NCBI RefSeq assembly: GCF_001194135.2
Contig: NC_068982.1
Span: forward strand, 153,805,300 to 153,856,749
Length of the DNA: 51,450 nt
Direction of reading: 5' to 3'
From: Octopus bimaculoides
Taxonomy: Eukaryota
This document shows positions 34,296 through 46,560 of this stretch, one piece after another. A program made the position numbers and the translations under genes. Positions within the stretch are counted from its first letter, which is position 1, and each line of letters starts with the position of its first letter. Under the pieces are notes generated by a model. That model saw nothing but the letters and a program-made list of their open reading frames with translations, had not been told where the DNA came from and did no database searches.

Positions 34296-36769
34296 ACATT
34301 TAAGCATGCATACTGTGAAGCGTTACCAATGAGAAAACATAAATTCCACAATTAAAAAAAGATTAATTTTAAGATTTGTATAATGATGAAGTTGGCCAGA
34401 TGTAGAGAAAAAGTGAATAGATCTGTCAGTAAGAATATATGTATACACACACACACCCATGCATATATACATACATACATATTTACATACATAGAAAAAC
34501 AGTAATAATATAGAAAACAGAGAACTCAACACAGTTATAAAGAGAATATATGCGTGTTAAACACTTTATGTATTTATGCTACCATTACTGTACAGTTTTA
34601 CCATTGTGCAGATGGTTGTCAAAATTCCTGTTGAAATCTTGGCAATACGGATTACGCCGAAAAATCCTGTATCATTATTCAAGTGCCAAACACCAGCCAA
34701 ATCTCCCTCAAATTACACATTGCGGATTAAATAAACGGCTTGTCGGATAATGTAAGGCTATTTACTCGTAAAAATTCCTGAAATACTTTTTATCAATTGT
34801 CGATTCATTAACATACCGTCTACCATGATGTTTTGATTGTAATATGTTAGCTGAGGGATATTGTTGGTGTATGATGCAAAATTAGAGTTATCTTTCGTCC
34901 TTTACCCATCTCAGTTCAAACCCTGCAGTAACCAGCTTTAGCTATCATTTTTGAGAGCGCTTACAGAAGGAATACCAAACACCTATTGGGTTATATTTAA
35001 TCAACTATTGCCACCAAGAAAGTATATGTGACCCTTTTCCTAGATTATAAATTTATATGGGATTTTAAAAAATTCTAATGATAGCATATGTGATTGCATA
35101 CGCACTGAGAAATATAAACTGTGGCAAAGAAATACTCTTCAAATATTGATTTTTTTTTCTTTTTTGTCAGTGGAGCACAAAGTGTAGAGAGGAGTGGGAT
35201 GTGAATTACAGCTAGCCTTTCTCGAAATGGCTAACGGCTTATATCAAAAAATGGTTCATGGACTCCATTCACTTGGAAATTGGTTTTTGTTACCACCATT
35301 TGCAATAACGTATATCAATATCGCTTGCTAGGTGACTGCGTTACCGATTAGAGGACAAGGTCTGTTAGATCAGAGTTGACCTGGGGCTACACAGCTAGCC
35401 ACATGCATGGCAATTTAAACATGCTTCAGCAAAAAAGCAGCATCAAACATGTCAAAATGTTAAACATTATACAGAATTTCAACGGAATAGAAGTATTTAA
35501 TCATAAAGCAAAACCGAATGAAATAGCCTAATAGCTCTTTGTAAGAGAATACACAGCTGAACAGATAGTGAAGTTGATGAGATAGTTTGAATGATATTAA
35601 AATCAAGTGAATTATTAAATAAGAGCTGAATAATTTCGCGTCCAGAACAAATAAGACAGCACACAGGATGTCATCACTTGATTAACTACAATAAACTGCA
35701 ACTGATAATATTTCCAAACTATAAATTTAAAGATGTATTTTGCATTATTAAAATATAAAATGCATTGTATCTGTTAATCAACTTAAAATAGTTCTATATT
35801 CTTTGATGAAGGAACTACCCTTCTTATACTACGTCATACCTATAACTACACTGATAAAATATTCTTTGTTCTGTGTATTTGAAATCACTTTCTATGTCAT
35901 AAATCATATCAATGTCACTGAACATAGCACTACTAGAATCGTTTAAAGAAATATCCATCGAAAATTTACGAGGCTTTAAATATTTTAGCCAGATTCTCTT
36001 AAATAACTTCTCACAAACAATCGTTTTCCTTTCAACTAATCTCCCAGCATCAATGATTGAAGAGTAGCATACTGTGACAGTTCCACTAAATATTAGTTGT
36101 TACCATCACTTCAAATATACCAGATAAAAGAGAACAAAGTAAAAAGAATAGACGGCCTTTTATAAAATAGTTGGAACTAGTTATTATAGTTGTTTAAATG
36201 CTTTAGATTCCAAACGGTAACCTTGATCTTATTCAATTCTCTCTTCCACTCTACAGCTAGTACACTTTCCGACCATTTGGTACGGTATCCTGGGAGTTTT
36301 AAAGGTGTCATTATTGTAATTTTTAATTTGGTGGGCTTTCTTTTGAAAAGCGATGAGAATTGATTATCAAAAGTAGGATCCAATTTAACCGTTTATTACT
36401 GTAGAGGTTTCAATAATCAGTAATTGATTTCTGCTTGAGATATTGACTAAATATTATGATTGTAAATATCACGAGACATTCCCGATAAGTTGCCGTGTAA
36501 TATAAAATTATATAGATTGTTGACATTACTTTGGAACATTTCATATACTACTGCAAACGAAAGATTCTGACGTTGAAAATCTACGATGAAGCAAGATTTT
36601 TCTGCGACTAATCATGCAAAATAAATGAAAATTGATTTGTTAAAGAACAGCGTTGGAATAGCATTGATCTTTGTCCAATAGAAAAGTATTAGTCATACTT
36701 TATACCTTCATATCACGGCCTAGTTCCCAGAGGTAGATATTGTTCATAAAATTTACACATACCTATACT

Positions 36770-36935
<166 letters not shown>

Positions 36936-36940
36936 GATAC

Positions 36941-37996
36941 ATTTCTTTTATTAACCACACAGGGCTCAATAAAGATGGGACGAATACAATGTAGAGCTTT
37001 TCTTTGGGGGAGGAAGTAGGGGGTGTCGATCAAAAGGGATCGAGAGAAAGAAAAAAAAAAGGCGATCACTAGGGATCGTGTATCACAGTAATGTTCTGGT
37101 GTAAAAAGAGGAGAGGACAGTTTAGGTTTAGCCGTGGAAAGAAAAGCCTACGGAAAAGACCACGGTAACCTTGGTCAATATTGTCATTGCAGAAACTATA
37201 ACAGTAAGTGACTCTCTTTTGCCTTTTTGTTTTTGTCTGGATTTTTTTACTCCTTTATAGTGTTATGCTCAAGGTGGCTCCGTCATTCACACGTGCCATC
37301 CTTGCTACATTCAGCCATCTTTTTTTGAAGCATTCACTAGACAAGACTTCCCTTTCTACTCTCACCTTCCTCTTCAGATGATACTTGAAGAAGTTGATGA
37401 GAGATTGCCCAGAGAGGAAAGTCTTTGTCTCTAGACCTTTCNNNNNNNNNNNNNNNNNNNNNNNNNNNNNNNNNNNNNNNNNNNNNNNNNNNNNNNNNNN
37501 NNNNNNNNNNNNNNNNNNNNNNNNNNNNNNNNNNNNNNNNNNNNNNNNNNNNNNNNNNNNNNNNNNNNNNNNNNNNNNNNNNNNNNNNNNNNNNNNNNNN
37601 NNNNNNNNNNNNNNNNNNNNNNNNNNNNNNNNNNNATAGACCGACTCGTCCCACACGAGATAGCAGTTGTTCGACGTAAGCCCATAGCTCGGAAATGGTG
37701 GGACATTGTACGAGTGCGTGCAGAACGGTTTCGTCGCTCCGCCCGCATCTCGGACAGGTCGGCCCCGTGTTTCTCGAGCCATGCCTGTAGAGCTTATCCC
37801 GAACGGTTAGAGCTTCTCGATAGCACTGCCAGGCCAGGGATCTCTGGAAGTTGTCCATAGGTCCCGGCCCGAAGGTTGTCTTAAACAGGCGGGTCAGGTA
37901 TTCCTCGTCGACGCCCAGGTTCGCCCTGAGATCGTCGTCGTACCTTCCCTCCACTAATCCACTATAGAATGCGTTAGTTGTGATGCAGTCGCTCAA
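36941..37996 (-). mobile_element. 5'-truncated Tx1/L1-like LINE (copy 2), C-terminal ORF2 apparently intact
   Basis: FQRSLAWQCYREALTVRDKLYRHG (zf-RVT-like), CPRCGRSDETVLHALVQCP (CCHC), then a gap, then KGLETKTF..ITL* and a 3'UTR shared with copy 1. Confidence 0.92.
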
Positions 37997-38624
37997 GATA
38001 GATAGATAGATGAGAACGTATGCAGGCATAAGTACAATATGTGTGGATATTTGTATGTATGCATGTTATTATAAATCAAACTCAATGTAGCTGATATTAT
38101 GTTACAAGTTCTTGACATAATTAAAAAAAAAGTTGCAAAATTTTGCTTCCTAGTTCACTACTTGTATTTTCACGGTTTATTCACAAGCGAGTTTATTCAC
38201 ATGCCCAATGTTGTTTTCAGGTTTTTGATGATGTTGATGTTTGTAGTGATGGGTGAAAGGATAATTGTAGTAGTGGTGAATGCTGGAATAGTGATATTAG
38301 TGGTAGTAATAATGTGTATTATATTGTGAGACATGCATTTGGAGATTGCTTCTGTATGTTAATCCATGCTTCACTTAGAGGTGAGATAAAGAGAGTATGT
38401 TTGCTTCCATTAGAATTCATCGTAAAATTAGATTAGATTTAACTGTTTAACAATTCAAACAAACAATTCAAATTATTTTAGATAACCAAATTACATCAAA
38501 GTAATTAGTTACATTAATTGACAGATACCAAGTAATATCTAAATTACTTTCTATAAAAAGAAATATGTAAAGTGAGACTGCATTGTGTTTTAGTTAACGA
38601 GGTGTTGAACAGAGATTGGAAACT

Positions 38625-38945
38625 CCGGTATTTATTTCATCCCCATTAAAAAATTGGGTTTTCTCCTCCGGTTTTATGAAAAATATCGGTACTTTTCGTT
38701 AGTAAACATGAAAACTGAAAAGATTAAATATCTTATTGAATCTAATAACATTTTTATAACAAATCATACTATGCTTATTGAGGAGGTCAAAAGTCAACAA
38801 TATGTTGAAGTACTGAATCAAAAGGATCTAACCCTTTTAATCCAACCTCTTGACACCACATAAACTCAATTTTTTAGTGAGGAGATAGCCCAATTTTTTA
38901 ATGGCAATCTTTTAAAGGGGGTGAGATAAACAAAAAGTACCGAAA
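38625..38945. mobile_element. MITE-like inverted-repeat element (~320 bp)
   Basis: CCATTAAAAAATTGGGTTTTCTCCTC (~38643-38668) is complementary to GAGGAGATAGCCCAATTTTTTAATGG (~38879-38904). TATTTATTTCATCCCC pairs with GGGGGTGAGATAAACA. Confidence 0.55.
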
Positions 38946-39779
38946 CTCCGTTGTGACATTTGTTTCATATTTTTCGCAGTTGATTATCATTTCAAAACAA
39001 ACGGAACTACGATTCCTTCTTCTGGTCAGCATAAGCTTCAGCACTGAGACACTCACTCGTAGAACTAAAAAGGGAAGCTCTATGTAGTCGCTTGACTTGC
39101 TATAAACAACAGTTAAATCGTTTTATTGCTTTCGTATTTTATCATACTGTCTTGTTAAAAACAAATAGTCTAAGATATTCAAAAATATGGGATGGTCAAA
39201 GCTTGGACACCTTTAAACAGCTTCCAGCACCTATATACAAATACACACACACCCACATACATACATAAATGCATACATGCATACATACATACATACATAC
39301 ATACATACATACATACATACATGCAGGCGCGAGCGCACATGCACGCACAGGTTTGACCGTGTATCTGCATCTGGAAAGTTATTCTCCGGCGTACACAACT
39401 CGACAAGACGTGTGTGCGTGTGCTCACTTGCACCTGTGTATGTATCGTGGCCGTGAGCTTTCAAGACCTAATGGATTTAAAGAGGTGTCTTCGCTAATGT
39501 TTACCGGAGGGCCTCCAGGTTGTGTTTGTGCGTGGTATGCATTTGTTCATATTACAAGAGTACTAATGATAAAACTCCAGCTTCCAGCTGTCGAAATAAT
39601 CATCCGACTGAGTATTATCGCTATCTGCTTTTGCTGTCACGCTACTTCTTTTTTATGTTGTAGAAAACAATTAGATGCCATGGAAAATCCAGAGTGAAAG
39701 ACTGCTGAATCAGTCGAAATAAACTCAGAATACTTTGTTGTCATTTTAAATACTTTTGTTCATTCATTCATTCATTTGT

Positions 39780-40135
39780 ACATGGTGGTTGTCTACTCCT
39801 TTGGCGAGCAGGACCATCGCTGATAGGTATGTGTCAGCAATGCCCTTGCAAGTGTTTTAAGTTGAGTGTCACTTGCACCACACCACACCACAACAACTTT
39901 CACTAGCAATACTGAGAAACTGAGAAACGTGCAAGATATCCGGCTCAGTAGGGCAGCGGGTTGTTTTATATACGAGTTAGCCTTCTCCTAGAGAGGTTCC
40001 TTAACAAAAATTACGGGGTCCTCATTCCCAAGAGCCTTACTGCGTCCTCGAACACCAATGCAAGTATTTCTACGTCCTGCTAGTTAACCCCATTGCCGGG
40101 ACTCTAATAAGTGCCACTATGCCGAGTCAGTGTAG
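39780..40135 (-). mobile_element. Probable RTE-like LINE 5'UTR fragment
   Basis: Minus strand has CTCTAGGAGAAGGCTAACTCGTATATAAAACAACCCGCTGCC, which I recognise as resembling the CTAGGAGAAGGAAAACTC..AAACC motif of RTE 5' ends. GC-richer than its flanks. Confidence 0.45.
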
Positions 40136-40244
40136 ATCTGGAAACAATATTGGTTACGAGATGGTTTCACATTATTCAAAACACTGGATCGTCTGTACCA
40201 AAGACCCACTACCGGATGCAGTTTAAAGTCATACATACATGCAT

Positions 40245-40312
40245 ATATGCAAGTATATGCATGAGAATACATAAAACAAAACATACAATTTTCACATGCA
40301 CTGACTTCAAAT
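40245..40312 (+). mobile_element. 3'UTR fragment of the 2241-type LINE
   Basis: GCAAGTATATGCATGAGAATAC---ATAAAACAAAACATACAA matches the reverse complement of ~2268-2312. Confidence 0.7.
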
Positions 40313-40869
40313 GCTGCACATATACACACATACATGCAAAAATGCCTTGTTGATAATGTTGAAAGAAATAGTGAAGAAGACTTGGATCTAGGTTTAATAA
40401 CCGGCTCTTTCTCTATTGGCAAGAAATCTTGAAATAAACTGAATAATGACATACATACATACATACGTACGTACGTACGTACGTACGTACGTACTTACAT
40501 ATTCTTTGTAAACTAGAAAAAATCTTTTGGGAGGAACAGTGGATCTCGAAATAGTTAAAACTACAAATACTAGCATGTAAATTGGGTTAAAAGAAAAGTC
40601 AGTGGACAGGTGTTCTACCATTGTAACAAAGCGTTGCTTCAAATTCCTCTCACCATTTAAAAACTTTATTCCTACCAACGACAATTGTATATTGTTGACG
40701 TAAGACTTCATCGAGAAAACGTGAATAAACTGTTTGTGAACAGTTAAAGCTAACATAGTTTGTAAATATTGGGTTAGAAAACCCCTTTGGATGGGGAATT
40801 TGAAAGCTGCATGAAGGAGTGGAATCCACATCTCCTGTAAATTTATGTATGTATATAAGAAAACAGTGA

Positions 40870-40950
40870 GCCATCAGCTGCGGGACTCGAGTCCACAACG
40901 TTGCAATCATGAGTCCAGCAGCCTTACCACTAGGTCATGTGCCTTCACTT
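40870..40950 (-). mobile_element. tRNA-like SINE head (32418 family)
   Basis: Minus strand AAGGCACATGACCTAGTGGTAAGG..CATGATTGCAACGTTGTGGACTCGAGTCCC. Confidence 0.55.
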
Positions 40951-41029
40951 GCATCAAAATACAATCGGTTAAAGACGCAGAAAGTTAAGATGGTGATATT
41001 GACTTCAGGGATAGATTGTTTGCATCCCT

Positions 41030-41230
41030 GTTATGTGAACAGTTTCTCACTACTTAATTTCACCTGAACTATATTAGAAGACACTTGCCAAAAGTGCCGT
41101 GAGGTGTAGGCCAAACGAAAATCACATGCTTGCCAAACAGCCTTCTTAAGCAGACAGCCTTCTTAAGCAGACAGCCTTCTTAAGCAGACAGCCTTCTTAA
41201 GCAGACAGCCTTCTTAAGCAGACAGCCATC
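41030..41230 (-). mobile_element. SINE 5' part (10869 family) with a tandemly amplified head
   Basis: ACACTTGCCAAAAGTGCC is the reverse complement of the family core. CAGCCTTCTTAAGCAGA occurs as five perfect copies at 41138-41222. Confidence 0.7.
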
Positions 41231-42359
41231 TTTATACATGCTGTATTAATATATTGCTCTTTACATTGAACAAGTTTTGTAGTGATGTTGGTTTCAACAG
41301 TAGGTAACATTTTTCGAATGCACACGGACTCCATTGTGATATCTTTTTTGAATGACATTACAACTTTTCGTTTTTAACGGAGAAAAGTTTAATTTGTTTA
41401 ATCAGCTCAAACGATCTAAATCAAGCACGTGTTTTATTATATTGATTTATCTCTACTACAGAGCTTCAATTCCCACTATTTGTCTTTTAGTGAGCAGTCG
41501 GCTCCAGCAATATTCTAAACATAAGATTGAAGAAAGAATACCGCAGCAGACGCACAACATGAAAGCAAATTGTAAGTTTTGTGCTAATATACTTGCATAG
41601 TAAGCTAAGAAATTTGGACTAATAAAAATTACACCTTTTTTTTTTTGAGGAAGAAAGAATCGTTAGCTCAGTGGTTAATTCTGGTCTAGAAATACAAGAG
41701 AAGCAAAACTATTTAATTAGTTACACCTGATTATAAATAAAATGTGAGCAACTCAGTAAGAAGTGACAGAAAGCAAGAACAACTATACGTTTTGGTATTA
41801 TCAGAATTCTTAAATGAAACAATGTTTTTACTACTAGAAAAGTGATATATTTGGACAAAAGTAAAGTACAAAATATTCGTATTGCAGTAACTTCACCAGT
41901 ACATTCTAACTATTCACTGTTTAGAATGTATTCTTTGCAATATCGGTTTTAATTATTTATTTTCATTTTTTCGGTGGGTAGGAGTGGAAGTCCAGTTTTG
42001 ATATTGATCCATGATAATTCACGGATATTTAAGGTTATCTGATAGTATTTTCTATGACATTTCATTAATCATTTGAATGAAATTGCTGTTTTTATTTTTG
42101 TTTAATCCCAGATCGGCACTGATCTAACAAGCTTCTGATCAACATTATTCTAGCGATGACCATCTCATTACTTTTTCATAATCATTATATCTAGCTTAAC
42201 ATTATTCATCAAGTCCTGTCTCTTTTTGAAAAACACAAATGGTTATCAAACTGTGACCAAACCTCTTTATTATCATTATCTAGTAGAAGTGTTAGCGAGT
42301 CTGACTAACTGCTTAGCTGAATTACTTGCGCCTCTTTACATTCTCATTTCAGATTCCAC

Positions 42360-42492
42360 TGAAGCCGATTTTACTTTTCATCCTTTCATGGTAGATAAAG
42401 TAACTACCAGTCAAGCACTGGGGTCGATGTAATCGACCGTCACCTCCCCTCAATGCTTCAGGCCTTATGCCTATAGTAAAGGAGATTATTAT
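42360..42492 (+). mobile_element. 3' half of the 22737-type SINE, followed by (AGT)n
   Basis: TTTCATCCTTTC..GATAAA..ACCAGT..ACTGGGGTCGATGTAATCGAC..GGCCTTATGCCTA..ATTATTATT. Confidence 0.75.
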
Positions 42493-42503
42493 TACCATCA
42501 TTT

Positions 42504-42565
<62 letters not shown>

Positions 42566-42829
42566 TATCTTGGGTTGCATTCTAGAATCTGTCCATTTTA
42601 AATATATGTGATTTCAGTGAGAGTAAAGCAGTACAAAGCGATGTTATTTATTTTAATGAGATGGTAAATAGCGTATACCAAGAGAATCCTAGAGGACATA
42701 TTTCAGAGAGGAGGTGTTGCTAAATCAGAATGGCCGCCATCTTTTCAAACTGAAAAAAAATGTGCTGTGGATGAATTCCTGTATATTTATTTACAAACAC
42801 TTGTTACGCCCTATGTAATCTTTCCAGAA

Positions 42830-43160
42830 CCCTTTGAATGGTAGTTCTGGAAGCACTAAAGAGGAAGTAGAATTGTTTCTGAAATGACAGCTGAAACTGT
42901 CAGTGCTGAGATACAGGTTGCAACTTCTCAAGAGTTGAAAAATTTACTCCCGAAAGAGGTTACTAGCCAAAACAAGTGTACAATATTGATAACACTAGTC
43001 TTTGCCGCAGCTACAAGCCGACTAGGACTTCTTTGTCAAATTAAGAAAAGTCACCATCTGCTTCAACGCTTCCAAAATTTGTCTGACTCAGAAATCGGAA
43101 ATTAAAGCCCTTTGTGTATTCCAGTCCGAAAATCCAACGCGCTTCAAGGATTACCCAGGA
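42830..43160 (+). mobile_element. Tigger/pogo transposase remnant
   Basis: AETVSAE..ELKNL, then GY*PKQVYNIDNTSL..PTRT (QVFN.DETGL motif), then KALCVFQSENP (KPL.VY.S.NPR motif). Confidence 0.75.
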
Positions 43161-43209
43161 TTACGCTATGTTTAATCTACATGTGATTTAGCGTTTACTT
43201 CCTGTAGCT

Positions 43210-43345
43210 CCCATTGCATCATCACCACCTACCAGGGTCGTTTACACAATCTGCGTCGTTTACACAATCTGCGTCGTTTACACAATCTGCGTCGTTTACA
43301 CAATCCCATTGCACCATCACAGCCTACCACAGTCGTTTACATACT
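43210..43345. repeat. Nested tandem repeat: 18-mer x3.8 inside a ~40-bp duplication
   Basis: GTCGTTTACACAATCTGC starts at 43237, 43255, 43273 and (partial) 43291. CCCATTGCA.CATCAC..CCTACCA..GTCGTTTACA occurs at 43210 and 43305. Confidence 0.9.
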
Positions 43346-43749
43346 CTACAATGACAATATTATATACTTATTCATTCCTTAGTGCATTTCCCTTCAGATA
43401 TTTTTACGTATACATTCAGCATATGTATAAAAGTTGATATTATCATGCATAAATATAGTTATATTACTTGTTGGCAAATTTTTCAAGAGTATGTATTGCT
43501 GCAACATGTGTATGCCTAAAGTTCAATACCATTGCCATCGGTTTTAACACGCTAGAATTGATGACAATGTACTTGATTTTCTAGTAACTTCATCTTTTTA
43601 CTTATGTTTGCCAAGAACAACCATTTATCTCATACACATATTCGTATACATACGCATACGCACATTTACATACACACACACGCACTCCTATATATTGTTT
43701 ACATATGTGCGTATATGAATATATGTATATGATATATGTACATATATTC

Positions 43750-43841
43750 ATACATACATACATACAGACAGACAGACTGACTGACTGACTGACTGACAGA
43801 CAGACGGAAAGACAGGCAGACAGACAGACAGACAGACAGAC

Positions 43842-43899
<58 letters not shown>

Positions 43900-43900
43900 G
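43750..43900. repeat. (ATAC)(GACA)(GACT)(GATA) compound microsatellite
   Basis: Visible directly. Confidence 0.95.
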
Positions 43901-44002
43901 GATATATGTACATATATATGTATACATATACATATGTATACATATATAAATGTTTCTCTATACATATACATGTGCGCGCGCATGTGTGTGCATAACTTTG
44001 GC

Positions 44003-44150
44003 ATCAGGATACAGGAACAGATACTGCAACAGCTTGGGTTTTCAAGGGCCTACATCTTTTCAATATCTTCCCAAAAAGCCTGAGACCTACACAGGGTGGA
44101 TGTTGTCATCTTCAAAATAAAATTGTATCTCCTCCTTCATTCTCCAAATG
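44003..44150 (+). mobile_element. CR1/Jockey-group LINE 3' coding fragment
   Basis: RYCNSL.FKG..LFNI.PKSLRDLHRVDV.IFKIKL resembles the GPRLFN.LP..R...FK.KLD C-terminus. Confidence 0.55.
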
Positions 44151-44758
44151 CCACATATCAGAGGGAGTTTCAAGTAGTTAAAGTGTGAAAGTGTAGCAAA
44201 GCTGACGGAGGTACGTTCCCCAGCATGGCTGCAGCTCTCGTGCTTACACTAGTAAAGAAAACCAAAGAAAAGAAAATATTCCAATTGGTGCACCTCTCTT
44301 TTCGTACTTTAACACCTAAAATAAGCTGCAATAAATAAATATAAAGCAAATAAACTTTGTATACATCCTCATATTAAGGAATAAACTAAACACCAAATTT
44401 TTCATAAGGCTGTTTAAAAATTTTGTGAAATATTATGTGGTGGAAAGTATCTCACGACAACGTAAAGACTACTAACTACAGAAATAAGTCAACTACTGTA
44501 ATAACTTCTTCAAAATGACTGCCACCACTCAAACGCCTAGACAGATTTGAATGAAAGTGACACTCGAAAAAGATAATCAAAATCTTTAATTCCAGAAAAA
44601 GAAACTGCAAAATAATATAAAAACAATACAGATTTCTCTCAATATTTGGTTTGCATTTAAACATATCTGTTCAATCTATTCTTATTTGCAGACAAAACAA
44701 TGTATGCGTGGTAAGCATATATTTCTATACGGCACAAGAAATCTCACAACGGAAGATG

Positions 44759-44789
<31 letters not shown>

Positions 44790-44793
<4 letters not shown>

Positions 44794-45600
44794 CCCTCAA
44801 TGAAATTAATATACAGCATCCTTAATACAGAAGCAACGCAAATATCAAGCAAACTCAGTATAGATAACTCAGTCAACTGCAGTCAACGAAAAGCATACAT
44901 TACATTTAAAGACCATAAAAGAAACAAATTCAGCATCTTCAAAGTCAGGTCTTCTGAGCAAAACAATTAATAGACTTGTTTCATAAAAATCACTAATTGA
45001 GTTCTACGCAAAAATTATAAAGTAGAAAAATACTACTAGTAGAATAAACAGTTGTGTTTTTCTAAATTTTTATTTTCGATTAAACATATCGACAGTAAAA
45101 ACAAATGCAGTTATATCTAATTTGTCATTGTTGATTTTTGCCATCTTATTGTTAAGTACTTTTTTCTATAAAGTCATACAGTTCGCATCCAAACATTCAT
45201 CTCTATTATCAAACGAGTCCAAAGTTAGAGCGCAATCTCCTCATTTGATATTTAACAATACCGAATACTGAATATGAGTGGAAAACATAGAAAACTCTAA
45301 ATGTTTCCATAATTAGCAACTATGGCATACAAGGCTCTGATAACGATAGCCTCTTTTTCTGGATTGGCCAAGAACAGATGCAAACTAACAATAGAAATTA
45401 AACTAGTATACAAATGATATATCAAATCTCACATTTAAAAGAATCCTGTATAAAAACTTACATCTAAAATTTATATGTATACTTAGAGGTTCCAACCACT
45501 GATCATATTAATGTTTTCTTTTAAATGGTATAGCAGTAAGCAAACATATTAGCAGTCTCTCTGCTGACGAAGATATTTATAACCAAGCATTCGTCCTTTT
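44790..45600 (+). mobile_element. Penelope-like (Neptune-type) RT remnant
   Basis: LNTEATQISSKL..KAYITFKDHK (FITLKDHK motif), then FHN*QLW, then SNH and HISSLSADEDIYNQA, in PLE RT order. Confidence 0.72.
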
Positions 45601-46239
45601 TCACTTTACGAATACAAAATTAGCTTACAAGTCGTCCATCTATAAGCAACAAAATATCCAGCACCAGGGAGAGAAACATGACCTGTTTCAACCCACAATG
45701 CATTAAAAGTGTCATGACCAGCATGATGAAGCTATTGCCTTTATTAATCAGCAAACACATCCACAAAGAGAAAAAATTTTGTTGTATGACATCAGAATTC
45801 TTTAACGCAATACATAGAAACCAAATCAAATTTCATTATGATGTTTCACATGTTTTAAAGGCTTCAGCATCAAAGTGAAGAAAAAAGAATATGTAGAAGC
45901 GTTTAATTATCGTCATGTTTCCTTAATATTTCACTACGTAGAATATTCTTAGTTTGAGGACTTGCATTTTGGCAAGAGTGAGAAACCTTTCCAGTAAGAG
46001 GAAATTGTATAACAACCTGTCGAACACGTCTATGCTGAAAGAAAATAAGATTGGGAATGGGTGTAATAGTGACCGTTTAAAAAAGCGCTAATGCAGTGTT
46101 TCTCGTAGAAAGGCTGCACTCTCTTTCCCCTTAGGTAGTCCTGTGAAAAATAAAAAGAGGCAGACAAATTGTCGTGCTGAAAATAAAGTAATCTGAAACT
46201 TTCAAAACTTAACCAATACCAAGGTAAAGAAATCAGTAA

Positions 46240-46512
46240 TTATATGGAGACAAACTCTATTGCAATGTTAAGCAGACGACACTACGAGCTGAATCAAGAG
46301 ATTACCTCTCTTATGCTTTTCCAGTCACCGTACAATGATTTGCAGCGCTATATAGCGACTCATCGTAAGGAGGAGCGCTAGGCAGTGATAAGTGAAATTG
46401 CAATGCTATTATCAGTCCGAATATGCTTGATGCACGTTCGAACTGGGGGAACAAGTTGCTCACTTCTCGTTAATGAAGCGGGGCACGAATTTATATATTT
46501 CGACGATAGTAG

Positions 46513-46545
<33 letters not shown>

Positions 46546-46560
46546 TGAGTGAAGAGAGAG
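46240..46560. promoter_or_regulatory. CpG-enriched unique segment with a (GCT)n tract; possible promoter or first-exon region
   Basis: About 16 CpG in ~270 bp against a CpG-poor background, no transposon similarity recognised, and splice-like signals on both strands. Confidence 0.3.

Noticed and set aside
40075-40175. HDV-like ribozyme at the 5' end of the RTE-like fragment (GACTC/GAGTC stem, GGCAAT-GGGGTTA, partial TAACC partner)
   Set aside because: I could not find a convincing P1, and L3/P1.1 do not fit the HDV pattern. It would need an RNArobo search on the family consensus.
41138-43345. Short direct-repeat arrays (41138-41227 and 43237-43305) as CRISPR
   Set aside because: They have no unique spacers, there are no cas genes, and the context is eukaryotic.
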